Shown in pieces: positions 8,904 to 17,973 of a DNA stretch of 64,000 nucleotides (position 1 is the stretch's first letter; each line of letters starts with the position of its first letter). This DNA comes from an uncultured Cytophagia bacterium. Its GTDB lineage: Bacteria; Zhuqueibacterota; Zhuqueibacteria; Residuimicrobiales; Residuimicrobiaceae. A program made the translations under genes and the position numbers. The notes below the pieces were generated by a model. The model worked only from the letters and a program-made list of their open reading frames with translations. It searched no databases and was not told the origin of the DNA. Where the stretch lies: the NCBI GenBank assembly GCA_964436305.1, contig CAYTCI010000004.1:11964-75963 (forward strand). Direction: 5' to 3'.

Positions 8904-10481
8904 ATGCTTTTTGCCGGTCTCGACAGCTCGACCCAGGGCTGCAAACTGATCGTCCTCGATCTCGACAAGCGGGAGGTCGTGCACCTCGATGCGATCAACT
9001 ATGACAGCGATCTCGACTATGGCACGCGCAACGGGGTCATTCAGGGGCTCGAACCGGGCGCTTCGGAATCCGATCCCGCCATGTGGATCGAGGCCATCGA
9101 GCGCCTCTTCGCCCGCATGGCCAAGGCCGGCGTCCCGGTCGCTCAGATCCGCGCCCTTTCGGTCTCGGGTCAGCAGCACGGCCTGGTCACCCTGGATGCC
9201 GCCGGCGGGCTGTCGCGGCCTCGCAGCAAGCTGTGGAACGATTTCAGCACCGAAGAGGAGTGCCGCCTGCTCACCGCCGCGGTCGGCGGCGCCGCGGCAA
9301 TGATCGCCGAGGTCGGCAACAGCCAGCGCACCGGCTACACCGCCGCCAAGATTTATCACCTGGTGCGCCACGAGCCCGAGCTCTGGCGCAAGACCGCCAC
9401 CTGCTTTCTGGTGCACAACTATGTCAACTGGTGGCTGACCGGGGGTGAAGAGGGCGGCATCCGCGTCATGGAGCCCGGCGATCTCTCCGGGATGGCCCTC
9501 TGGCACCCCGGCACCGGCCGCTGGTCGGAAAAGGTGCTCAAGGCGATCGCACCGGATCTGGCGGATAAACTGCCGCCGGTCCGGCCTTCGGATCAGAGCA
9601 TCGGCACGATCGGCCGCAAGCTGGCGGAGCGCTTCGGCTTTGACCCCCACTGCCGCATTGACGCCGGCTGCGGAGACAACATGTACGGCGCCATCGGCAC
9701 CGGCAACGTCACCCCCGGCCTCGTGACCATCAGCCTCGGCACCAGCGGCACGGCCTACACCGTGCTCGATACCCCCTTCATCGATGCCAGCGGTGAGATC
9801 GCCGCCTTCCGCGACAGCACCGGGCGGCATTTCCCGCTGCTGTGCGTCTCCAACCTCGCCAACGGCTACAATGCCCTGATCGCTGAGCACGGCCTGACCC
9901 ATGCCGCCTTCAACCAGCTGATGGAGCGCACCCCGGCGGGCAACGAAGGCCGGATGCTCCTGCCGTGGTATATGGGCGAACGGACACCCGATGTGCCCCT
10001 GGCCGCGCCGGTCTATTTCGGCTTTGGACTGAACGATTTCACCGTAGAGAAGCTCGGCCGCGCCGTCCTCGAGGGGCATATCCTCAACCTCTACGACGGT
10101 TATCGCAAGATGCCGGTGCAGGCGCGGGAGATCCGGCTGACGGGTGGGCTCTCGCAGTCCCCGGCCTGGTGCCAGGCGATCGCGGATATCTTCGAGACCG
10201 AGGTTGTGCCGGTGGAGGGCGAGGGCGCTGCGATGGGCGCTGCCCTGCACGCCGCCTGGGTCTATGAGAAGGAGAACGGCCGCGACATCGCCCTGCCCGA
10301 GCTGGTGGCCCCCTTCATCCAGCTGCGCGAGGCGATGCGTAAAAAGCCGCTGCCGGAACACATCACCCGCTACCAGCCGATGAAGCGGGCCTTCGCCGCT
10401 CTCAGCGCCCGGGTCCGCGGGGTCGCCGGCGCCGAGGATCCCTTTGCCTGGCGGCAGCAGCTCATCCAGGATCTCCCCTGA
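8904..10481 (+). CDS. FGGY-family carbohydrate kinase (xylulokinase-like; substrate not assignable)
   Basis: An AAAGGAGG RBS precedes ATG 8904. The N-terminal MLFAGLDSSTQGCKLIVLD and C-terminal ...REIRLTGGLSQSPAWCQAIADIFETEV blocks are typical of FGGY kinases. The part of ORF 8763 upstream of this ATG overlaps the small ORF. Confidence 0.8.
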   Translation: MLFAGLDSSTQGCKLIVLDLDKREVVHLDAINYDSDLDYGTRNGVIQGLEPGASESDPAMWIEAIERLFARMAKAGVPVAQIRALSVSGQQHGLVTLDAAGGLSRPRSKLWNDFSTEEECRLLTAAVGGAAAMIAEVGNSQRTGYTAAKIYHLVRHEPELWRKTATCFLVHNYVNWWLTGGEEGGIRVMEPGDLSGMALWHPGTGRWSEKVLKAIAPDLADKLPPVRPSDQSIGTIGRKLAERFGFDPHCRIDAGCGDNMYGAIGTGNVTPGLVTISLGTSGTAYTVLDTPFIDASGEIAAFRDSTGRHFPLLCVSNLANGYNALIAEHGLTHAAFNQLMERTPAGNEGRMLLPWYMGERTPDVPLAAPVYFGFGLNDFTVEKLGRAVLEGHILNLYDGYRKMPVQAREIRLTGGLSQSPAWCQAIADIFETEVVPVEGEGAAMGAALHAAWVYEKENGRDIALPELVAPFIQLREAMRKKPLPEHITRYQPMKRAFAALSARVRGVAGAEDPFAWRQQLIQDLP

Positions 10482-10494
10482 AAGCGAGGCAGCC

Positions 10495-11208
10495 ATGCGC
10501 AAATTGATCTACTGGCTGGCGGCGATCGCCCTGGTCTTCGGCCTGATGCTGGGGCTGCGCGCCTGGCTGCTCAGCCGGATCACCTACCAGCCCGATTGGT
10601 TCCAGCAGCAACAGGCGGCGGGTGAGGCATGGAAAAGCCCAGCGGCGACGCAGCATCCCGCCGCCGGCAGCGCTCATCAGGCGGGCGGCAGGGCGGTACT
10701 TGGGGAAAAACCGGCCGCCGCTGCAGTCCGGCTGACTCCGCTGCAGCGAACACTGCAGCAGCAGGGCGAGGCGCGGATCACCGCTGATGACTTTGTTCCA
10801 ACCCTGTTGAACGAGATGGCGGGCCAGGACCAGTTCGATCCCTATGCGGTTGTACGCGGTGCCAAAACCACCATTCATCCGGGCCGGATGGTCGTCGAGA
10901 TGATGGTCAATCTGGAGGCGATCCCGCGCGATGAGCTGACGCCGGAGGGGGCGCGGGTATTCGATCAGCTGCGTGACCTGCTGCCGGATAAAACCCTGCA
11001 GCAGGTCTACATCAAGGGCGACCTCGAACCGGTGGCCTCCGGGGACCGTGTCATCCTCGGCGGCTCCTCGCGGATTCAGATTGGCCGTTTCACCTTTGAT
11101 CTGACCGATCTCAAGAACCGTTTTCACCTCGATCCCGCCATCGCGATGAGCCATTTTGCCTTCAGCCGTTTCGAGCTGCGCGAGGGCTATCTGCTGCTGC
11201 GGCAATAG
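10495..11208 (+). CDS. Hypothetical membrane-anchored protein
   Basis: A single N-terminal TM (MRKLIYWLAAIALVFGLMLGLRAWLL) is followed by a soluble domain. No recognisable family. Confidence 0.45.
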   Translation: MRKLIYWLAAIALVFGLMLGLRAWLLSRITYQPDWFQQQQAAGEAWKSPAATQHPAAGSAHQAGGRAVLGEKPAAAAVRLTPLQRTLQQQGEARITADDFVPTLLNEMAGQDQFDPYAVVRGAKTTIHPGRMVVEMMVNLEAIPRDELTPEGARVFDQLRDLLPDKTLQQVYIKGDLEPVASGDRVILGGSSRIQIGRFTFDLTDLKNRFHLDPAIAMSHFAFSRFELREGYLLLRQ

Positions 11209-11239
11209 GCCGCGGCGGCGAACCCGGGAGCAGGTATCA

Positions 11240-12046
11240 ATGCATGCTGTACCGCCATCCCATGCCCGGACCATCGAAGAGGCCGATGATCCCCGTATTG
11301 CGGTCTTTCGGGCCATTCGGGACCGCGAGCTGATCCGTGAACAGGGGCTCTTCATCGTCGAGGGCGAAAATCCGGTCCTGCGGCTGCTGGCAAGCCCCTT
11401 CGAGACCCGCGCCGTACTGGTCAGCGAACAACGGCTGGAGCGGATCGCACCGCAGGTCCCCCCATCCGTGCCCCTCTTCGTTGCGCCGGCTTCACTGCTG
11501 GAGCAGGTGCCCGGCTTCCTCTTCAATCGGGGTGTCCTCGCCTGCGGTCTCCGCCGCCCGCTGCCCGGTTTGCCGGCCCTGCTGGCGGGGCTGCAGCCCC
11601 CGGCCACGCTGGTGGTCTGCTGCGGCATCGGTGACGCCGAGAATCTCGGGCAGATCCTGCGCACTGCCAGCGCTCTCGGAGCGGCAGGGCTGTTAATCGG
11701 GGAAGGCACGATCGATCCCTTTTACCGGCGGGTCATCCGGGTTTCAATGGGCAGCCTTTTCACCCTGCCCCTGGCCATGAGCACCGATCTGGCAGCGGAC
11801 CTCACGCTGCTCAAGGCGCGGGGCTTTTCGCTCTTCGCCACCCACCTGGACCCGGACAGTACGCCGCTGCCGGCAGTGAAGCCGGCTCTCCTGAACGCCC
11901 TGCTGCTCGGCAGCGAGAGCAAGGGCCTGCCCGCGGTCCTGGTGCAGCGCTGCCAAGTGCGCGTCACCATTCCCATGCAGCACGGGGTCGATTCCCTCAA
12001 CGTCGCCGCCGCCGCGGCGATCTTTCTCCACCATTTCCGGGTCTGA
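11240..12046 (+). CDS. TrmH/SpoU-family RNA 2'-O-methyltransferase
   Basis: C-terminal SpoU motifs are present (LVVCCGIGDAENLGQILRTASALGAAGLLIGE, LLLGSESKGLP, VTIPMQHGVDSLNVAAAAAIFLHH). ATG 11240 (MHAVPP) is taken as the start. Confidence 0.8.
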   Translation: MHAVPPSHARTIEEADDPRIAVFRAIRDRELIREQGLFIVEGENPVLRLLASPFETRAVLVSEQRLERIAPQVPPSVPLFVAPASLLEQVPGFLFNRGVLACGLRRPLPGLPALLAGLQPPATLVVCCGIGDAENLGQILRTASALGAAGLLIGEGTIDPFYRRVIRVSMGSLFTLPLAMSTDLAADLTLLKARGFSLFATHLDPDSTPLPAVKPALLNALLLGSESKGLPAVLVQRCQVRVTIPMQHGVDSLNVAAAAAIFLHHFRV

Positions 12047-12156
12047 CAACGGCGGCATGGCTGCCGGATACGGCGCTGCTGCTCCTGTGCCAGCCAAAAC
12101 TCTTGGTTTTAAGCTGAAAAATCCCTACCTTTCATTTTGCCAAAACAGGAGAATCC

Positions 12157-12642
<486 letters not shown>

Positions 12643-12654
12643 GTCCGCAGCGGC

Positions 12655-13944
12655 GTGGAAAAGGTCGGCAAAGTCTCTTTCTATACCCTCGGCTGCCGCT
12701 TGAACCAGGCGGAGACCGCAGCCCTGCAGAACCGCTTTACGGCGGCGGGATACGAGGTCGTCGATTTCGCCGAACCCGCCGACGTGGTGGTGATCAACAC
12801 CTGCACAGTGACCGGGCATGGCGACAGTGATGCCCGGCGGCTGGTGCACCGGGTCCACCGCGACCAGGGCCAGGCGCGGATCGCCCTCATCGGCTGCCAA
12901 TCCCAGCTGCAGGGCGAAGCCCTTTGCCGCTTGCCGGGCGTGAGCTGGGTGGCCGGGAATGCAGTCAAAATGGAACTGCCGGAGATCATCCGCAGCCATC
13001 CTGAGGGTGGTCCCCTGCTGGTCGCCCCGAAGATCGGCCGCGGCGCCTTTACCATGCCCGCGCCGGCGATCGACGCCAATCGCACCCGCGCCCATCTTAA
13101 AATCCAGGACGGCTGCAACTTTTTTTGCTCTTTTTGCGAGATCCCCTATGCGCGCGGCCGCAGCCGCAGCCGTGAGTTCAGCGATGTGCTGCGCGAGGCG
13201 GAGCTGCTCGTCAGCGCCGGCCATCGTGAGATCATCCTGACCGGGGTCAACATCGGCACCTGGCAGGAGGGCGAGAGAGGGCTGATCGAGCTCATCGGCG
13301 CCCTCGAGACCCTCAGCGGCCTCGAACGGATTCGCATCTCCTCGATCGAGATGACCACCATTCCCGAAGACCTCCTGGCAATGATGCGCCGTGGCCGCCT
13401 CTGCCGCTTCCTCCATGTTCCGGCCCAGAGCGGCAGCGATGCCATCCTCAAGGCCATGCACCGCCGCCATACGGCAGAGCAGTTCGCCGCCCTGATCCGG
13501 CATGCCGCGTCCGAGATCCCGGAGATCGGCCTGGGCACCGACGTGCTGGTCGGCTTTCCCGGCGAGAGCGACCTGCTCTTCGAAGAGACGCACGCCCTGC
13601 TCGAGTCGCTGCCACTGGCCTATTTTCACGTCTTCAGCTATTCGGAGCGCAGCCATGCCCGCAGCCGGCTCCTGCCCGGCAAGATCGACGACGCCACCAA
13701 GGCCCGGCGCAGCAAGATCTTGCGCCAGTTGAGCCTGCGCAAACGCCAGGAGTATTTCCGCCGTTTCCTCGGCAGCGAACAGCTGGTCCTCTTCGAGGAA
13801 GAAAAAGGGGGAGTCTGGAGCGGCGTGACCGATACCTACCTCCGGGTGCGGGCGCGCAGCAGCGAGCCGCTGCGCCGGCAGCTTCGCCGGGTCCGGCTGG
13901 AGAGGGCCGAAGAACTCTCGGTCCTGGGAACTCTGGTCGATTAA
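12655..13944 (+). CDS. mtaB: MtaB-like tRNA methylthiotransferase (radical SAM)
   Basis: The N-terminal block KVSFYTLGCRLNQAETAAL (MTTase N-domain) resembles YqeV/MtaB. A radical-SAM CxxxCxxC motif (CNFFCSFCEIPYARG) is present. The start codon is GTG. Confidence 0.75.
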   Translation: MEKVGKVSFYTLGCRLNQAETAALQNRFTAAGYEVVDFAEPADVVVINTCTVTGHGDSDARRLVHRVHRDQGQARIALIGCQSQLQGEALCRLPGVSWVAGNAVKMELPEIIRSHPEGGPLLVAPKIGRGAFTMPAPAIDANRTRAHLKIQDGCNFFCSFCEIPYARGRSRSREFSDVLREAELLVSAGHREIILTGVNIGTWQEGERGLIELIGALETLSGLERIRISSIEMTTIPEDLLAMMRRGRLCRFLHVPAQSGSDAILKAMHRRHTAEQFAALIRHAASEIPEIGLGTDVLVGFPGESDLLFEETHALLESLPLAYFHVFSYSERSHARSRLLPGKIDDATKARRSKILRQLSLRKRQEYFRRFLGSEQLVLFEEEKGGVWSGVTDTYLRVRARSSEPLRRQLRRVRLERAEELSVLGTLVD

Positions 13945-13976
13945 CCCGCGTATCTTACAGGGAGAGTCAAGCCCGT

Positions 13977-15278
13977 TTGAAAGTCTATATCGAAACCTAC
14001 GGCTGTCAGATGAACGAATATGACAGCGAGATCATTCGTGCCTTGCTCGATTCAGCCGAGTACGAGGCGACCGACGACCCCGCGGCGGCCGATGTGGTGC
14101 TGATCAACACCTGCGCCGTACGCGAGCATGCCGAACTGCGAGTGATCAACCGCATCCACGAGATCCGGCGGCTGCGCAGCAAGGGCTCGCAGCGGCTGGG
14201 CGTGGTCGGCTGCATGGCGCAGGGGCTCAGGGAGCGTTTGCTGGCGAATCCCCGGCTGCCGATCGACTTTATCGCCGGGCCGGACAACTACCGTCTCCTC
14301 CCCGAGCTGATTGCAGCGCCGGCGCAGAAAAAGAGCCGCTTCGCCCTCGAGCTCTCGGATTACGAGACCTATGCCGATATCTATCCCCGCCGGGCAGGCG
14401 GCGTCAACGCCTGGCTGGCGGTGATGCGCGGCTGCAACAACTTTTGCTCCTTTTGTGTCGTCCCCTATCGCCGCGGCCGCGAGCGCAGCCGCTCCCCGCA
14501 AAACGTCGTCGCGGAGGTACGCCGCCTCGCCGCCGAGGGCTTCCGCCAGGTGACCCTGCTCGGGCAGAACGTCAACTCGTACCGCCACGGCGACAGCGAT
14601 TTCGCCGCACTCCTGCAGGCGGTAAGCCGGGTGGAGGGTATCGAAAGGGTGCGCTTCACTTCCCCCCATCCCAAGGATTTCCCGATGCGACTGGTGGAGG
14701 TGATGGCGGCGGAGCCCCGGATCTGCAACCATATCCATTTGCCGCTGCAGGCCGGCAGCGATCGCATTCTCAAACTGATGCGCCGTACCTACACCCGGCG
14801 CCATTTTCTCGAGCTGGTGGAACAGATCCGCACCCGCATCCCCGGCATCGCCTTGACCACGGATATCATCGTCGGATTTCCGGGCGAGAGTGATGAGGAA
14901 TTTGCGGAAACCGAGGCGCTGATGCGCGAGATCGAATTCGATGCGGCCTTCATTTTCCAGTATTCAGAGCGGCCCGGGACCCTGGCGGCGCGGAAATACC
15001 CCGATACGCTCCCCGAAGAGGAGAAGAGCCGCCGTTCGGTCCTGCTCAACGCCGTGCAGAACGAGATCTCGCTGCGGAAGAACCTCAGCCGCATCGGCCA
15101 GACCGAGCAGGTCCTGGTGGAACAGAGCGGCACCAAAAAATCGGCTGCGGAGAGCCAGGGTCACAGCGATGGCAACCGGCTGGTGATCCTCCAGGAGGGT
15201 TCTTACATGGTGGGCGAAATGGTGGCCGTGCGGATTCATGATGCCACAGCCCATGTCCTCAAGGGCCGGCGGCTCTGA
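13977..15278 (+). CDS. miaB: tRNA-i6A37 methylthiotransferase
   Basis: The MiaB N-terminal signature KVYIETYGCQMNEYDSEII is present, as are CNNFCSFCVVPYRRG and a C-terminal TRAM-like region. The start is TTG, with a gggagag RBS. Confidence 0.85.
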   Translation: MKVYIETYGCQMNEYDSEIIRALLDSAEYEATDDPAAADVVLINTCAVREHAELRVINRIHEIRRLRSKGSQRLGVVGCMAQGLRERLLANPRLPIDFIAGPDNYRLLPELIAAPAQKKSRFALELSDYETYADIYPRRAGGVNAWLAVMRGCNNFCSFCVVPYRRGRERSRSPQNVVAEVRRLAAEGFRQVTLLGQNVNSYRHGDSDFAALLQAVSRVEGIERVRFTSPHPKDFPMRLVEVMAAEPRICNHIHLPLQAGSDRILKLMRRTYTRRHFLELVEQIRTRIPGIALTTDIIVGFPGESDEEFAETEALMREIEFDAAFIFQYSERPGTLAARKYPDTLPEEEKSRRSVLLNAVQNEISLRKNLSRIGQTEQVLVEQSGTKKSAAESQGHSDGNRLVILQEGSYMVGEMVAVRIHDATAHVLKGRRL

Positions 15279-15374
15279 CAGACTCATCCTTCCGCAAAGA
15301 GCAAAAGTGGCGGTACATTTAGCAGGGGGTGCTCCGGGCGGGAGTCGCCCGTACCACCAGGAAGCGCATACGAG

Positions 15375-16628
15375 TTGAAAGAAGGAACCCCATTGAAGCG
15401 GAAACCACTGATCCTTTTTCTCGGCCTGGGGCTGGCCGGTTTCAGCCTCCCTGGCCGCTGCGCCATACCCGATGAGGCGGCCCTGCAGCTGCATCGGGAA
15501 CTGCTGACCATCGACACCCACTGCGACACCCCGCTGCATATGCTTGACAGCACCTGGGACATCGGTGCCCTGCACGCTGCGGGCTCCCGTGACCGCGGCA
15601 AGATCGACCTCCCCCGCATGGAAAAGGGCAATCTCGACGCCCTCTTCTTCGCCGCATTTGTCTCGCAGCGCTCCCTGACCCCCGAAAATTATCGCCAGGC
15701 GCGCGCCGCCGCGGAAAACCTCATCGCCCTGACCGAGGCAATGGTGCGCAAGTACCCGGATCGCATCCGTCTCGCCACCAGTCCTGCCGAGATCCAGCGT
15801 AATACGGCCTCGGGGCTGCTCAGCGCCTGCATCGGTATCGAAAACGGCTTCGCCCTCGGCCATGATCTCGCCAGCCTGCCGGCCTATCAGGCGCGCGGAG
15901 TGCGTTACGTCACCCTCTGCCATACCAAAGACAACGATCTCTGCGACTCATCGACCGATCCCTCGCCGGACCATTGGCACGGCCTCAGCCCCTTCGGCCG
16001 TGAGGTCATCGCCGAAATGAACCGTCTCGGCATCCTCGTAGACCTCTCGCACGCTTCGGATGAGGCATTTTATCAGGCCCTTGCCTGCTCCAAAACCCCG
16101 ATCTTCGCCAGTCACTCCTGTGTCCGCGCTCTTTGCGACCATCCCCGCAATCTCAGCGACGCCATGCTCAAAGCCCTGGCGGCAAAGAGCGGCGTCATGC
16201 AGATGTGCATCCTCAGTGAATACGTCAAGGCCATTCCCGCCAACGCCCGGCGTGAGGCAGCGCAGGACTCCCTCGACCGGGTCTATGGTGCCTGGGATGC
16301 CATCACCACCCCTGCCCTCCGTCAGGCCAAACGCGAAGCCTGGAACCTGGTCGATGAACGCTATCCGCGCACCCTGGCCACCGTCGCGGATGTCTGCGAT
16401 CATATTGATCATGTGGTCAAGCTGGTGGGCATCGACCATATCGGTATCGGCACCGATTTCGACGGCGGCGGTGGCGTCCGCGACTGCAACGACGTCTCAC
16501 AGCTTAGCGCCATCACGGTCGAGCTGGTGCGCCGCGGCTATAACCGCGAGGAGCTGGCGAAACTATGGGGCGGCAATTTTACGCGCATCTTCCAGCAGGC
16601 ACTCGACGCAGCGGAATCCGCTCGATGA
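15375..16628 (+). CDS. Membrane dipeptidase (peptidase family M19), secreted
   Basis: M19 motifs are present (DTHCDTPLHM, VDLSHASDEAFYQALACSKTPIFASHSC, GIGTDFDGGG). The signal peptide is MKRKPLILFLGLGLAGFSL. An alternative TTG start at 15393 has a better RBS. Confidence 0.8.
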   Translation: MKEGTPLKRKPLILFLGLGLAGFSLPGRCAIPDEAALQLHRELLTIDTHCDTPLHMLDSTWDIGALHAAGSRDRGKIDLPRMEKGNLDALFFAAFVSQRSLTPENYRQARAAAENLIALTEAMVRKYPDRIRLATSPAEIQRNTASGLLSACIGIENGFALGHDLASLPAYQARGVRYVTLCHTKDNDLCDSSTDPSPDHWHGLSPFGREVIAEMNRLGILVDLSHASDEAFYQALACSKTPIFASHSCVRALCDHPRNLSDAMLKALAAKSGVMQMCILSEYVKAIPANARREAAQDSLDRVYGAWDAITTPALRQAKREAWNLVDERYPRTLATVADVCDHIDHVVKLVGIDHIGIGTDFDGGGGVRDCNDVSQLSAITVELVRRGYNREELAKLWGGNFTRIFQQALDAAESAR

Positions 16629-17947
16629 AAAAAATCGACTACAGCCAACTGGCCATCGCCTTTACTGAAAAGGAACTGTGCACCCGCTGCGGCACCTGCG
16701 TCAGCGCCTGCCCGACCGGAGCGATCAGCCTCGATGACGATGCCTATCCGCGGCTCCATCCCGATCTCTGCACCGAGTGCGGCCTGTGTGCGCGGGTCTG
16801 CCCGGGCGGCCGGGTTAATTTTCTCGACCTGACCGAGATCACCTTTGGTCACCGCCGGGAGCCTGAGCGCTTCGACGGCCATCTCCTCTCCACCTATGTC
16901 GGCTATGCCGCCGATCCGGCCCTCCGCCGCCATGGCGCCGGCGGCGGCGTCATCACTGCCCTGATGTGGGATCTGCTGAAACGCGGCGAGGTGGAAGGCT
17001 GCATCGTCACCCGTATCCGGCCCGATCGCCCCTGGCGCGGCGAGGTTTTCATTGCGCGCACCTACGCCGAACTGCGCAGCAGCCAGCAATCCAAGTATAT
17101 CATCATCCCCACCAACGCCATCCTGCAGCAGGTTCGGGATCTGCCGGGGCGCTACGCCTTTGCCGGGCTACCCTGCCAGATCCATGGTCTGCGGCTGCTC
17201 GGCGCCGAGGAACCGGCACTGCGTGACAAGATCCCGGTGATGATCGGCCTCTTTTGCGCCTCCTCGCTGGAGCCCTTCGTCGCCCGCGAGATGCTCGAGT
17301 GCCGCGGCATCGATCCCCAGCAGGTCAAGCACTTTGAGTTTCGCGGCGGGGCCTGGCCCGGCCAGATCCGCGCGACCCTCAGGGATGGCCGCATCAAGAG
17401 GCTGCATTATTCCAATTTCAAGGACGGGGCGATCAATTACCTCACCCAGCTTTACAGCCCCCGCCGTTGTCAAACCTGCATCGACGGCGTCTCCGAGTTT
17501 GCCGACATCGCCGTCAGCGACGCCTGGACGCGCGACGGGTCCGGCCAGTATCTCTTCGAGTCGCACTCCCGGCTGCTGGCGCGTACCCCGCGTGGCGAAG
17601 CGGTGATGAAGGCTGCCATCGCCTCCGGCGCACTGGTCGCCAGCGACGTCACTGCCAATCGCTCCTATCAGACCCACAAGCTGCACACCCAGCGCAAAGG
17701 AATGAACTCGCCCCTGCGTACCGCCCGGCTGCGGCGCGAGGGCCGCGTGGCCCCGCTCTACGACCGGCCGGCCCCGGCCGCCTCGCGCGCCGAGCGCCTC
17801 AGCGAGCGCCTCGAATCGGCGATCATGGCCATGGGGCGAATCCGCGCGATCCGCCTGCCCCTGTTCAAGTTCCTGACCTCGCGCTACGGCATCGTCTTTG
17901 TCAAACTGAGACAATGGAGAAAAAGCCGCAAATACCGGCGCAAATGA
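16625..17947 (+). CDS. FrhB-family protein (coenzyme F420 hydrogenase/dehydrogenase beta subunit-like) with N-terminal 2x[4Fe-4S] ferredoxin domain
   Basis: Two ferredoxin motifs (CTRCGTCVSACP and CTECGLCARVCP) are followed by FrhB N- and C-domain-like sequence (GAGGGVITALMWDLL...GLPCQIHGL...GLFCASS). The start ATG overlaps the dipeptidase stop (ATGA). Confidence 0.7.
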   Translation: MKKIDYSQLAIAFTEKELCTRCGTCVSACPTGAISLDDDAYPRLHPDLCTECGLCARVCPGGRVNFLDLTEITFGHRREPERFDGHLLSTYVGYAADPALRRHGAGGGVITALMWDLLKRGEVEGCIVTRIRPDRPWRGEVFIARTYAELRSSQQSKYIIIPTNAILQQVRDLPGRYAFAGLPCQIHGLRLLGAEEPALRDKIPVMIGLFCASSLEPFVAREMLECRGIDPQQVKHFEFRGGAWPGQIRATLRDGRIKRLHYSNFKDGAINYLTQLYSPRRCQTCIDGVSEFADIAVSDAWTRDGSGQYLFESHSRLLARTPRGEAVMKAAIASGALVASDVTANRSYQTHKLHTQRKGMNSPLRTARLRREGRVAPLYDRPAPAASRAERLSERLESAIMAMGRIRAIRLPLFKFLTSRYGIVFVKLRQWRKSRKYRRK

Positions 17948-17973
17948 CTACCCGCATCCAGGGCTATCCTGTT

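Noticed and set aside
8847-10502. 551-aa ORF on the minus strand
   Set aside because: It is antisense to the FGGY kinase gene. It has no RBS and no recognisable family, and shows typical GC-driven open-frame composition.
17467-17943. Upstream extension of the tamA ORF
   Set aside because: It overlaps the FrhB-like gene in another frame. The signal peptide begins at 17974 (or 17944), so the true start lies there.
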